A stretch of DNA of 58,483 nucleotides from Chloroflexota bacterium (GCA_011388675.1 DROW01000204.1:1-58483), one strand, 5' to 3'; positions 9,294 to 18,333 are shown, counted from the stretch's first letter. The notes: generated by a model not told the origin, from the sequence alone. Made by a program: numbers and translations.

Positions 9294-10745
9294 CTAGGGG
9301 ATGCACAGCACCTGCCCGGCGAGGATGTAGTGCAGGTTGTAGATGCGGTTGGCCTCGGCGATGGCCCACATACTCACCCCGTACCGCAGAGAGATGCGGA
9401 AGAGGTTCTCCCCCCACTGGACCGTGTGGTAATAACGACAGGTGGGCGTCGGCCCCCAGCCGAACTGGGGCACAGCCGTCGGGCCGGGCGGGACGGGGAC
9501 CCAGGGCACGTTGGGGATCGCCAGAACCGATCCAGCGTAAATGAGATTGGGGTTGACGATGCCGTTGCAGAGGGCAATGGCATCGGGGCGGACGGAGTAG
9601 GCGCGGCCGATGGCGTACAGGGTCTCTCCCCACCGAACCACGTGGTGCCCCAGGATATCCGTACATTCCCCACCAGGCTGCGGCGTCGGCGTCGGCGTCT
9701 CCGTCGGCGTCTCCGTCGCTCCGACGACCTGGATGGTCGCGCCCTGGGTGGCAACCTCCAGCGGCCCCCCGTTGGGATCGGATAGCAATGCGTCACCGAT
9801 CTCCACCGAGTACGTGCCGGGCTCGCGCCCAACGAACGTGAACGTGATCAGGTCGCACGCGCCCTCGAAGGGGGAACTGGGGGCCTGGAGGCTCGCCGCG
9901 TACCCCACCCCCTGATCCTCCGGTGAGGGACCCACGAGGACGTCGGCGATACACCCCTGCCCCTCGTAGCCGACCCAATCAAGGCCGGCCCCGTAGGTGA
10001 TGTGGACCTCCACCCCGTACAGGTTAGATGCGTTGGCGACGTGAAGCGTCACCCTTGCCAGGTCCCCCAGAGCCACCGAGGAGGACGAGGGAAGCAGGGA
10101 GAGGACCGCACCCGTGGCGGGAGTTTGCGTCGGCGTGGGCGTCGCGGTGGGGGACGGCGTCACGGTAGGAGACGGTGTCGCGGTAGGCGTCGGTGTCTCC
10201 GTGGGTGTCGGCGTCTCCCCAACCTGCACCGTCACCTGCCCGTTCTCCGTCTCGACGGGGATCTGGCTGCCGATCGCGTCGGCGAGGAGGACCTGGGTGA
10301 AGGTGAGCGGAGAGACACCGGCGGCTTTCGCCCGGAAGGTGATCGTCGCCACCACGCCGCTCCCACTGACCGGTGCGTGGTTCATCTGAGCGTAGCCAAA
10401 GTCGATATGCCCCGTCCCCTGGTCGACCTCGTTCTTGGGGACGTAATCGGGGCTGGCGAACGGCCCGAGCGCTACCTGTATCCCGGCCATTCCGGCATCG
10501 GCGTCCACCACCTCCAGCACCGAGGGGTCGAACACCAGATGCACCTCGACCCCCTGAAGGTTAGAGACGTTCTCCACCACGATCTCCACGGCGACGGTCT
10601 CCCCTTCCCCAATCGTCGCCGCCGTCGGGTTGAGGTAGACCCGCGCTCCCCCGCCCTGAGCGGAGACCGGCACCGCGAGGATCAGCAGGAGCAGTACGAC
10701 GGGCAGACACAGGCCGCGGAGGATCGGCATTTCCCTCCTTCTCAT
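9294..10745 (-). CDS. secreted scaffoldin-like protein: signal peptide, cohesin, PT linker, cohesin, PT linker, 2x LysM
   Basis: MRRREMPILRGLCLPVVLLLLILAVPVSAQ signal. Two cohesin-like modules (GETVAVEIVVENVSNLQGVEVHLVFDPSVLEVVD..; LARVTLHVANASNLYGVEVHITY..). TPTPTETPTPT linkers. Two LysM (HVVRWGETLYAIGRAY..; HTVQWGENLFRISLRYGV..). The upstream part of track ORF 9294..10874 is rejected. Confidence 0.8.
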   Translation of the reverse strand: MRRREMPILRGLCLPVVLLLLILAVPVSAQGGGARVYLNPTAATIGEGETVAVEIVVENVSNLQGVEVHLVFDPSVLEVVDADAGMAGIQVALGPFASPDYVPKNEVDQGTGHIDFGYAQMNHAPVSGSGVVATITFRAKAAGVSPLTFTQVLLADAIGSQIPVETENGQVTVQVGETPTPTETPTPTATPSPTVTPSPTATPTPTQTPATGAVLSLLPSSSSVALGDLARVTLHVANASNLYGVEVHITYGAGLDWVGYEGQGCIADVLVGPSPEDQGVGYAASLQAPSSPFEGACDLITFTFVGREPGTYSVEIGDALLSDPNGGPLEVATQGATIQVVGATETPTETPTPTPQPGGECTDILGHHVVRWGETLYAIGRAYSVRPDAIALCNGIVNPNLIYAGSVLAIPNVPWVPVPPGPTAVPQFGWGPTPTCRYYHTVQWGENLFRISLRYGVSMWAIAEANRIYNLHYILAGQVLCIP

Positions 10746-10779
10746 TGTACACCTCCCCAATGGTTGACTCGACGAAGAT

Positions 10780-11397
10780 CTAGAATACGCGCTTCCTGGG
10801 CCACGCGACCAGCCCCATCCCCAGCGCGCCCAAGAGCAGCGCGCCAGCGGGGTTGCAGGAGTGGAGCGGTGCACTTTCTACCACTATGGCGACCCGGCCG
10901 GCTGCCACTTCGGCCGGGATCGGGGCCCCGTTGGGGTCGGCCAGAAGGACGTCCTGCAGGACCAGCGTCCCTTCCCCCTGCCCCCTGGCCCGCAGCGTGA
11001 TCGACGCCAGCGGGCCGTTCCCGCTGGCTGGCTCGTGCGGCGGCATCCTCGCCACAGCGTAATCGATGCGCCCCGCGTCCAGATCGACCTGGTTTTGGGC
11101 GACGAAGTCGGCCGGGAGGAACCCGCCGTGGGCGATCTGAACCCCTTCCGTCTCCGGGTCGGCATCGACCACCTCCAGCAGGTCGGCGTCGTACTCCAGG
11201 TGGACCTCCGCCCCGGCCAGGTCGGTTACCCCTTCTATCCGAATGGTCACCTCCGCCGTCTCCCCAGGCTGGAGCGTGAGCACGTCCGGCTCCAGTCGAA
11301 CGACCGTCCCGCCCGCGGCAAACGCGGTGACCAGCGGGACGACGAGCAGAATCACTACCCCCAGGACGAAACCGGTTCTCAAGGACAATTGGTACAT
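10780..11397 (-). CDS. secreted single-cohesin protein with C-terminal hydrophobic anchor/sorting-like tail
   Basis: Signal peptide, cohesin-like module (GETAEVTIRIEGVTDLAGAEVHLEYDADLLEVVD) and the tail ..HSCNPAGALLLGALGMGLVAWPRKRVF. Confidence 0.75.
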   Translation of the reverse strand: MYQLSLRTGFVLGVVILLVVPLVTAFAAGGTVVRLEPDVLTLQPGETAEVTIRIEGVTDLAGAEVHLEYDADLLEVVDADPETEGVQIAHGGFLPADFVAQNQVDLDAGRIDYAVARMPPHEPASGNGPLASITLRARGQGEGTLVLQDVLLADPNGAPIPAEVAAGRVAIVVESAPLHSCNPAGALLLGALGMGLVAWPRKRVF

Positions 11398-12464
11398 AGG
11401 CCGAAGTTCTCCGCTGTCATCGTGAGATCGAAGATATTCACCCGGCAGTCGCCGTTGACATCCGAGGCCGGCGCAATCGAACCCAGCGCGTTCCCGCCGG
11501 GGCAGGGGGTGAAGGGGACGAAACAGGACTCATCGACGCTCTCCCCGAAGTCGCTGATGATACGCACGATGTCGAAGATGTTGATGCACCCATCGCCGTT
11601 CACGTCTCCCCCCTCCAGCGTGTGCCATCCGACGTTCACCGTCGTCTCGTCCAGCGGCTCCCAGTAGCACTCGCTCCCGTAGTTGGGAAAATCCAGCCGG
11701 ATGTAGGCCCATTCGTAGGGGCCAGGAGGGGGCGGATCGGCCGGAAGGGGGAGACCGGCCGGGGGAAGCGCCCCTTCCGCTGGTACCTCCAGATAGAAGT
11801 TCCCCGCCTCGTCGGTGCAGGTACGCGCCCAGGCAACGGGGTAGGGGCCGGAGGTGGGGTAGAAGAGGACCGTGACCGCCGTGCGACCGTAGTGGGTGGT
11901 CCCCTCCCGCGTGATCCATCCCTTCAGTCCGGTCGTCGTCGGCGGCACACGGATCGCCCCGCCTTCCGCATCCCCCACCGTCAGCGGCGTCCCGTCGGGA
12001 TCGAACAGATGGACCGAGGCAGGTTCGAAGGCGATCGGGTAGGTGCCCGGCGCGGCTCCGTCCCGCACGCGGAAGGTCACGGCGGCGAGAACCCCGTCCC
12101 CCGCGAAAGGACCGGCATCCGGCGCACGCTGGGCCACCCAGCGGACGGTGCCCTCCTCGGCGCGGTTCTCCGGGGTGCAACCGCCAGCGAAGACGGGACC
12201 GACCTCCAACTGCACCCCGTCACGCCCCGGATCGCTGTCCAGGGGCTCCAGCACCTCGTCCGGGTACGTGGCGACGAACTCCACGCGATCCAGCCCGACC
12301 GCCCCCTCCACCCGGATCTCGAACCGAACCGTATCCCCGGGACGTGCCGTGACGAGGCCGGGGGCGAAGTAGATGTCGGCGGTGGGAGACGTCGGAGGGA
12401 GGGACGGGGCGAGGTAGGAGAGCACCCAGAGGACGAGAGCCCCCCACAGAAGTGTCCCGCGCAT
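11379..12464 (-). CDS. secreted cohesin - Ig/CarboxypepD_reg-like - dockerin protein
   Basis: Signal peptide and cohesin-like module (GDTVRFEIRVEGAVGLDRVEFVATYPDEVLEPLD). Type-I dockerin duplicated Ca loops GDVNGDGCINIFDIVRIISDFG and SDVNGDCRVNIFDLTMTAENFG. Confidence 0.8.
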   Translation of the reverse strand: MRGTLLWGALVLWVLSYLAPSLPPTSPTADIYFAPGLVTARPGDTVRFEIRVEGAVGLDRVEFVATYPDEVLEPLDSDPGRDGVQLEVGPVFAGGCTPENRAEEGTVRWVAQRAPDAGPFAGDGVLAAVTFRVRDGAAPGTYPIAFEPASVHLFDPDGTPLTVGDAEGGAIRVPPTTTGLKGWITREGTTHYGRTAVTVLFYPTSGPYPVAWARTCTDEAGNFYLEVPAEGALPPAGLPLPADPPPPGPYEWAYIRLDFPNYGSECYWEPLDETTVNVGWHTLEGGDVNGDGCINIFDIVRIISDFGESVDESCFVPFTPCPGGNALGSIAPASDVNGDCRVNIFDLTMTAENFGLCTNCP

Positions 12465-12506
12465 CGTCTTCTCCCCCCCGGCGATCCCGTGTGGTCCGGT
12501 CGGCCC

Positions 12507-13577
12507 CTACGGCGCCCAGGTCGTCGGTCCGCAGCGGTCAAAGTTCCCCGCCGCCAGCGTCAGGTCCAGGATGTTAATGGTGCCGTCGTCGTTGATGTCT
12601 TCCGGATCGCTGGTCGGCAGGCCACTCATACCGAACTTGCCAATGATGGAGACGATGTCGAGGATGTTGACGCAGTTGTCGTTGTTCGTATCCCCGCCCC
12701 ACAGGGTCGTGGTCCCGATGTCCACCGTCGCCCCGACCACGTAGACGGAGGACTTCTGGGCGTCGAGATAGCCGTTGTAGGAAGCCTGGACGGTGTAGGT
12801 GCCGCCCAGGGGAACCGAGAGGCTGAAGGAGCCGTCGGCAGCGGTGGTGGTGGCGGCGATGACGCCGTTGCCGGTGGAGAGGGCGACGACGTCCACGTTG
12901 GCGTGGTCGGTCATCGTGCCCTGTCGCTGAACGACCCCCTGGATGATCCCGGCGTCGATGACGTTGATCGTCGGTACGGAGACGCTGTTGATGGGGATGG
13001 GCTGGCCGTTGGCGTCGGAGAGGACGGTGCCCGGGGGGTCCCCGGTGCCGACCAGGGCCACGCCGATCCCCGTTGAGCCGGTCGCCAGCCCGGCCCAGGT
13101 GATGGTGGCCACCGATCCGGTCCGGTTCGTCACCCCGCCGGAGCCGCCAGTGTGGCTAACGGCGATGTGGATGCAGGCGGAGGTATCGCACTCGGTCGGA
13201 TGGGGGATCGAGGGGGCAGAATAGAAGACTTCGTTGGCTCCGACGACGAGGCTCCCGTCGAAGAAGCCGTAGGTGATCTCCACCTGGGTGCCGTTGGCCG
13301 GGTTGTCGTCGTAGTCGTCCACATCCACCACGGTGGCGTCGAAGGGGATCCACAGTTCGACCCCCATCACGCCCACCTCGGGGGTGGCGTTGTTGGTCAC
13401 CGAGATCACCACGTCGGTCGTAAAGGTGGAACCGACGACCGGCGCGCCGGAGACGATGTCGGTGATGATGACCGATGTGTACGTGTTCGGTCCATCGGCC
13501 TGGACCGGCGCGCTCGAAAGGGGGACCCACAGGAACATCAGAGCCAGCGCAAGCCCCGCCCGGAAACCTTTGCCCAT
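12507..13577 (-). CDS. secreted cohesin-like - CarboxypepD_reg-like - dockerin protein
   Basis: Start at MGKGFRAGLALALMFLWVPLSSAPVQA (ATG 13577, GAAGGAGG RBS). VMGVELWIPFDATVVDVDD cohesin-like region, DGSFSLSVPLGGTYTVQASYNGY beta-sandwich, and dockerin repeats GDTNNDNCVNILDIVSIIGKFG and EDINDDGTINILDLTLAAGNFD. Confidence 0.75.
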   Translation of the reverse strand: MGKGFRAGLALALMFLWVPLSSAPVQADGPNTYTSVIITDIVSGAPVVGSTFTTDVVISVTNNATPEVGVMGVELWIPFDATVVDVDDYDDNPANGTQVEITYGFFDGSLVVGANEVFYSAPSIPHPTECDTSACIHIAVSHTGGSGGVTNRTGSVATITWAGLATGSTGIGVALVGTGDPPGTVLSDANGQPIPINSVSVPTINVIDAGIIQGVVQRQGTMTDHANVDVVALSTGNGVIAATTTAADGSFSLSVPLGGTYTVQASYNGYLDAQKSSVYVVGATVDIGTTTLWGGDTNNDNCVNILDIVSIIGKFGMSGLPTSDPEDINDDGTINILDLTLAAGNFDRCGPTTWAP

Positions 13578-13648
13578 CTCGCACCTCCTTCGGAATCGTG
13601 GCAGAAAACCGAGCCCGCAAGCGGCATTGGAAACCCCGCGTCGCTTCC

Positions 13649-13691
13649 ACTGTAACACGTTCTCCACCAAAGTGGGTTACAGGTGGGTTAC
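13649..13691 (-). promoter_or_regulatory. putative activator-dependent promoter: 2 x GTAACCCAC direct repeats (11-bp phase) overlapping -35, TGtTACAGT extended -10
   Basis: The minus strand reads CCGTAACCCACCTGTAACCCACTTTGGTGGAGAACGTGTTACAGT. TACAGT is complement(13649..13654). The repeats are at 13671..13691. It lies ~65 nt upstream of ATG 13577. Confidence 0.4.
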
Positions 13692-13764
13692 GGGAATGTA
13701 GCCCGTCTTTGTCGTCGGGGAGAGGCGAAGATCGGAGGGAGAATGGGTACTCGAAAGGGTGCCT

Positions 13765-14994
13765 CTACAGGTCCGCCGCCTGGCGCAGGATCTGCTCGAT
13801 CCGTTGTGCCGCGGCCTGTAGCGAATAGCGCTCCTGCACGGCCCGATAGCCAGCCTCCCCCATCCTCGCCAGACGTTCCGGCTGCTCCTTCAGTTGCCGC
13901 AGGGCATCCGCCAGCGCCGCAGGGTTCTCCGGCTCCACGAAGACCCCTGCCCCGACCTGCTCCAGCAAGTGGCGCGCCTCCCCGTCCACCGTGATGAGGG
14001 TGGGCGTGCGGCAGGCCCAGGCGTCGAACATCTTGGTGGGGAGCGCACCCCGGAAGAGGTCCAGACGGCGCAAGGGAACCAGCGCCACGTCGGCCATCGA
14101 GAGATAGGGGGCCATCCGCTCCAGCGGTTGTCCGGGCAGTAGGCGCAGATTGTCCAGGCTGTACTGCTCCTTCAGCGCCAGCAGGGCCGCTTTGCGCGGC
14201 CCCTCCCCCACGAAGAGGAACTGGATGTCCGGGTCGTCTCTCAGCAGGCGGGCCGCCTCGACGACTGTCTCCAGGCCCTGGGCAATGCCGTGGATGCCGC
14301 CGTACAGGACCACGAACCGCCCCTCCAGCCCCAGTTGGGCCCGCAGGCGCGCACCTTCCTCCGGTGCCGGGCGGAAGATGGCTGTGTTGGAGCCGTTTGG
14401 GACCAGCGCCAGTTTACTCTCCGCCACGCCGCGCGCCCGCAGCCGGTCGTAGATGCCACGGGTCACGGCGATCACCCGTCGCGCCCGGTGGTAGCAGCGC
14501 ATCTCGAACCACTCGGCGAGGCGGATAAAATACGGGTTCCTGAGTTCCCCCAGCACCACCGCCGACTCCGGCCACAGGTCCTGCACCTCCATCACGAAGG
14601 GAACTCGCCGCACCGTGCTGACGACCCAACCGGCGATGGCGACGAACAGGGGAGGGGAGTTGGCAAAGATGGCGTCTACCTTTCCCCTCACCAGCAAGCC
14701 GGCGACGATGGCACCCAGCATATAACTGAGGTAAAAGGCCATGCGCGTCCGAAAGGTCTTCACCGGCGACGTTTTGACCCATAGGTGCAACACATCCACG
14801 CCATCGCGGGTCTCGCGCACCCACAGTTTACGCCGGTAGCCAGGCTGCACGATCCCCGAGGGATGGTTCGGGACTTCGGTCAGCACGGTGACACGGTGCC
14901 CCGCCTCCGCCAGCGTTCGGGCGACGGTCATCGCCCGCACCTGCACCGCGCCCGCCTCCGGGGGGAAGTATTGGCTCAGATGCAGGATCCTCAT
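13765..14994 (-). CDS. GT4-family glycosyltransferase (WbuB-like)
   Basis: MRILHLSQYFPPEAGAVQVRAMTVARTLAEAGHRVTVLT... with GT-B architecture. ATG 14994 overlaps the wecB TGA (ATGA). Confidence 0.8.
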   Translation of the reverse strand: MRILHLSQYFPPEAGAVQVRAMTVARTLAEAGHRVTVLTEVPNHPSGIVQPGYRRKLWVRETRDGVDVLHLWVKTSPVKTFRTRMAFYLSYMLGAIVAGLLVRGKVDAIFANSPPLFVAIAGWVVSTVRRVPFVMEVQDLWPESAVVLGELRNPYFIRLAEWFEMRCYHRARRVIAVTRGIYDRLRARGVAESKLALVPNGSNTAIFRPAPEEGARLRAQLGLEGRFVVLYGGIHGIAQGLETVVEAARLLRDDPDIQFLFVGEGPRKAALLALKEQYSLDNLRLLPGQPLERMAPYLSMADVALVPLRRLDLFRGALPTKMFDAWACRTPTLITVDGEARHLLEQVGAGVFVEPENPAALADALRQLKEQPERLARMGEAGYRAVQERYSLQAAAQRIEQILRQAADL

Positions 14995-16049
14995 ACGCGG
15001 GCCTCCAGGATGCGGACAATGGCCTGGCTGGTCTTGCCATCGCCGTAGAGGGGAGGGTGATCCTCCGGAGGGCGGAAGGTCCGCACCGCCTCGACGATCC
15101 GATCCGTGTGTGCGCCGACCAGTTTGTTCCATCCCACCTCGACCGTCTCCACCCACTCGGTCTGCTCGCGCAGGGTGATGCAAGGCGTACCCAGGCAGTA
15201 GGCCTCCTTCTGGATGCCACCGGAGTCGGTGAGGATGAGACGGGCGTGTTTCTCCAGCACCAGCATATCGAAGTAACTCTGCGGCTCGACCACCCGCACA
15301 TACGGCGTCGGACGCCAGCCCACTTCGTTCAGGCGGTTGCGGGTACGCGGGTGGACAGGGAAGAGAACCGGCTCGCGCAACCGATTGACGGCCTCCAGAA
15401 TGGCCTCCAGGTTCTCACGAATATCGGTGTTCTCGGCGCGGTGGATGGTCAGGAGAAGATAGCCCTCCGGCGATAACCCTAACCGCGTCAAGACGTCCGA
15501 CTGCGCTTCGGCCAGTGGCAGGTTGTACAGGATGGCCTCGTACATCACGTCCCCTACCAGGTGTACCCCCTCGGTAATCCCCTCTGCGGCCAGATTCTCG
15601 ACGGCGGTGGAAGTGGGGCAGAAGAGGAGGTCGGAGACGTGGTCGACGACCACGCGGTTGATCTCTTCCGGCATCCAGCGGTTGAAACTCCGCAGGCCGG
15701 CCTCGATGTGCCCGACAGGGATGTGCAGTTTCGCCGCAGCCAGCGCGCCCGCCAGCGTAGAGTTGGTGTCCCCACGGACCAGCACCCAGTCCGGTTTTTC
15801 TTTTAGCATCACCTCTTCCAACCGTGCCAGCATCTGACCGGTCTGCCAGCCGTGCGGCCCGGAGCCGACTCCCAGGTTGTAATCGGGCGGAGGCAGCCCC
15901 AGTTGCTCGAAGAAGACGGCCGACATCTCATAATCGTAGTGCTGGCCGGTATGGACGAGTACCTCGCGGTGGCGAGGGCGGAGCGCCCGACTGACGGGGG
16001 CAGCCTGGATGAATTCCGGCCGCGTTCCGACGATAGAGACAATCTTCAT
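14991..16049 (-). CDS. wecB: UDP-N-acetylglucosamine 2-epimerase (non-hydrolysing)
   Basis: MKIVSIVGTRPEFIQAAPV...HTGQHYDYEMS...GDTNSTLAGALAAAKLHIPVGHIEAGLRS...HPRT. Confidence 0.9.
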   Translation of the reverse strand: MKIVSIVGTRPEFIQAAPVSRALRPRHREVLVHTGQHYDYEMSAVFFEQLGLPPPDYNLGVGSGPHGWQTGQMLARLEEVMLKEKPDWVLVRGDTNSTLAGALAAAKLHIPVGHIEAGLRSFNRWMPEEINRVVVDHVSDLLFCPTSTAVENLAAEGITEGVHLVGDVMYEAILYNLPLAEAQSDVLTRLGLSPEGYLLLTIHRAENTDIRENLEAILEAVNRLREPVLFPVHPRTRNRLNEVGWRPTPYVRVVEPQSYFDMLVLEKHARLILTDSGGIQKEAYCLGTPCITLREQTEWVETVEVGWNKLVGAHTDRIVEAVRTFRPPEDHPPLYGDGKTSQAIVRILEARV

Positions 16050-16115
16050 TAGGACCTCGCTTTCGGGCAGGATTGGCAACCCGCGAGACGAAAGCCTCCC
16101 AGTGTTCCCAGGAGG

Positions 16116-16144
16116 ACTTTACCAAAACTCATGTCGTTCGTCAA
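16116..16144 (-). promoter_or_regulatory. sigma70-like promoter for wecB-GT4 (TTGACG-17-TAAAGT with TGg)
   Basis: The minus strand reads CTTGACGAACGACATGAGTTTTGGTAAAGT. It lies ~60 nt upstream of ATG 16049. Confidence 0.45.
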
Positions 16145-16351
16145 GCCCCTGTAGGTGGGGGGTTTCGAAGTGGAAGGCAAGAGACCGGCACTTTCAGCCT
16201 CCTCAGGGGCAATCGCGGGGCGAGGTTCGGACAAGAATACAGACACCCCGATCCGTCCTGCCACACACCGGCAGGGGCTGACGGGGAACCGGTCCGGCAT
16301 CGGCGCTTCGGGCCGCTGCCCCCTCGGAGGAGGATTCGGCCGTCGGTGGGT

Positions 16352-17317
16352 TCAGATCGGCGGCAGGACCCCTACCGCCTGCAGCACACGCCGTCCTGAT
16401 TGCAGAATGAGATACTTCCCCGCCAGTGCGGCATACCTTGCCCGCTCGGACGGGGACATCGGGCCCAGATCAGCCAGGCCGTAGCCCAACTCGACCAACA
16501 ACGGCCCCGCCACACGCTGTACCAGCCTGAGATCGGCGGGGGACATCTCCCGCCGCCAGCGGCCGACCCGGCCGGGATTCGGCGGCTGGCGGACCGGGTC
16601 GTGGAAGTCGCCGGGCCGGATGCGCTTCCGGGCCAGGCGATGGTGCTGGGCCATCTCGGGCAGGTACGGCTCGTTCAGGAACGCGCAGATGGCCCGCAGT
16701 TCCTTCTCCGGATCCAGCACCAGGTCCTCGTAGCGCAGTTCGTGGTAGAGGCGCGGCCCCAGCCGCGCCCCGGCCGCGCGGGCCTGTCGGATGCGGCGGA
16801 CCCAGGTACGGGCGGCGAAGTAAACGTCTATATGGAATTCCCTCCGCCCCCACTTCTCCAACATCGAAAGCGCCACATCCCGCCCGTCCCGAATGATGTG
16901 GATGAACTGGGCCTCGGGAAATATCCGGTGGATCAGATCGACGTAACTGGTATAGATCGGTGTCTTATCCCCCCACCGCACAGCCCCATACTGGCGCGCG
17001 TACATCCGGTAGAGGGTTTCCAGGAACCCCGCCGGCGTTGGGGCTGGCATCTCGTGGAAGAAACGAGCGGGGTCCGGTGGCTCCCCCTGCCACTCCTTCA
17101 CGAATCGGTAGCGGGTGAAGATGATGTGCAGGATCTTCCGCACACGCGATTCGTTCAGCGGAGCGAGGGGGGCGCGACCAAAGAAGCGGGGGATGAAATC
17201 GGACTCGGGGGGGATGTAGATACGGGGGCTGCTGCTGAGCATGTAGCGCAGCAGGGTCGTCCCCGAGCGGTGAACACCGATGATGAAGATGGGATTGCTC
17301 GAACCGGTCTCTCTCAC
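16352..17317 (-). CDS. PAPS-dependent sulfotransferase family protein
   Basis: FIIGVHRSGTTLL (5'-PSB) and IIRDGRDVALSM (3'-PB). GTG 17317 overlaps the upstream TGA (GTGA). The longer track ORF to 17608 is rejected. Confidence 0.75.
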   Translation of the reverse strand: MRETGSSNPIFIIGVHRSGTTLLRYMLSSSPRIYIPPESDFIPRFFGRAPLAPLNESRVRKILHIIFTRYRFVKEWQGEPPDPARFFHEMPAPTPAGFLETLYRMYARQYGAVRWGDKTPIYTSYVDLIHRIFPEAQFIHIIRDGRDVALSMLEKWGRREFHIDVYFAARTWVRRIRQARAAGARLGPRLYHELRYEDLVLDPEKELRAICAFLNEPYLPEMAQHHRLARKRIRPGDFHDPVRQPPNPGRVGRWRREMSPADLRLVQRVAGPLLVELGYGLADLGPMSPSERARYAALAGKYLILQSGRRVLQAVGVLPPI

Positions 17318-18333
17318 GGCCCTTCCTCTTCCAGGGGATATCCGAGAGCACGGATCAGATCCCCGAGAATTTCCTGAACCTGCCGCTTCTCCTCTGGATT
17401 GAACTCCCGCTTCCATCGCCCGCTGTGGGAACGGGAGAGATCGATCTGGAGCATCCTCTCGTGGAAGGGGATTTCCGCGAACAGACAGATCTCCTGGAGG
17501 ACCTCCTTCGGCTCCCGCACGAACCGCTCCAGGCTGACCTCGTAGAGGCTGTGCGGTGGAAGGGAGGAGCGGATCTCGAACCAGCGGCTCATCATCGACC
17601 GGTACCACAGGGCCCCCTGAACCTTGTCACGCGGGCTCCATCGCTGTCGACTGAAGGAAGCGACAACGTCTCTCGGATCGCGGTAGATGTGAACGATGCG
17701 AGCCTGGGGGAGGATCTCCAGGATCTCCCGGGCCAAGAGGACGTTCCACGTGTTGTCCTCCACAAAAAACGCTTTCCCCGTCTCTTTGAGGAGATCCCCT
17801 ATGACATTGTGGATGAATTTCCTCAAAATAGGAGCCAACTCCTCTCTGGAGCGAGGAGGGGAATGGTAGATGCGGGGGTGGAGGGTGTATCCCTCCGTGC
17901 CCACCCAGCAGGCGGGGAAGGAGAACGCGATGAGTTCGGACATCAGGGTATCGACGTGATGCTCAAACCGGGGCAGATGGCGATTCAACTCCCACCCGTG
18001 GTAGGCCCTTGGTGAGAGGAGGCGTCCTCTGGGGTCGAACCATTGAATCAGGCGGCCGGCGAGGCGGTGATACCACGGCTCTCGGGCAAGGGTCCTCAGA
18101 AACCGCTCCAGCCGCTTCAGGCGACGGTCCGCGATGTAAGGGGACCAGACGGCGGTGAAGCCGGCGTAGAAATCGACGATGCCGTCGGGGTCGATGATGA
18201 AACGATACTCGAAGGGAAGGCTGGCGGCTTGTGGGTGAAGGGCCAACGTCTCCTTCAAAATGCTTGTCCCGCTCCGTCCCGTTCCTCCCACCAGAATGAT
18301 CTTCACCATCGTCCCCCCTATGGAATCACCCAT
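17314..18333 (-). CDS. PAPS-dependent sulfotransferase family protein
   Basis: ILVGGTGRSGTSIL and IYRDPRDVVASF. The start is ATG 18333 or 18309 (MVKIILVGG). Confidence 0.75.
   Translation of the reverse strand: MGDSIGGTMVKIILVGGTGRSGTSILKETLALHPQAASLPFEYRFIIDPDGIVDFYAGFTAVWSPYIADRRLKRLERFLRTLAREPWYHRLAGRLIQWFDPRGRLLSPRAYHGWELNRHLPRFEHHVDTLMSELIAFSFPACWVGTEGYTLHPRIYHSPPRSREELAPILRKFIHNVIGDLLKETGKAFFVEDNTWNVLLAREILEILPQARIVHIYRDPRDVVASFSRQRWSPRDKVQGALWYRSMMSRWFEIRSSLPPHSLYEVSLERFVREPKEVLQEICLFAEIPFHERMLQIDLSRSHSGRWKREFNPEEKRQVQEILGDLIRALGYPLEEEGP

Noticed and set aside
9660-10225. GC-rich tandem DNA repeats (GGCGTCGGCGTCTCCGTCGGCGTC..., around 9665-9715 and 10115-10215)
   Set aside because: They are the coding sequence of the Pro/Thr linkers (TPTPTETPTPT) between the cohesin and LysM modules, not an independent non-coding repeat.
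16050-16351. Small ORFs in the 300-bp gap between the sulfotransferase and wecB genes (for example 16049..16300 -, 16073..16399 +)
   Set aside because: They have no RBS, odd composition and mutual overlap. The gap is better explained by a TTGACG-17-TGgTAAAGT promoter for wecB and an untranslated spacer.
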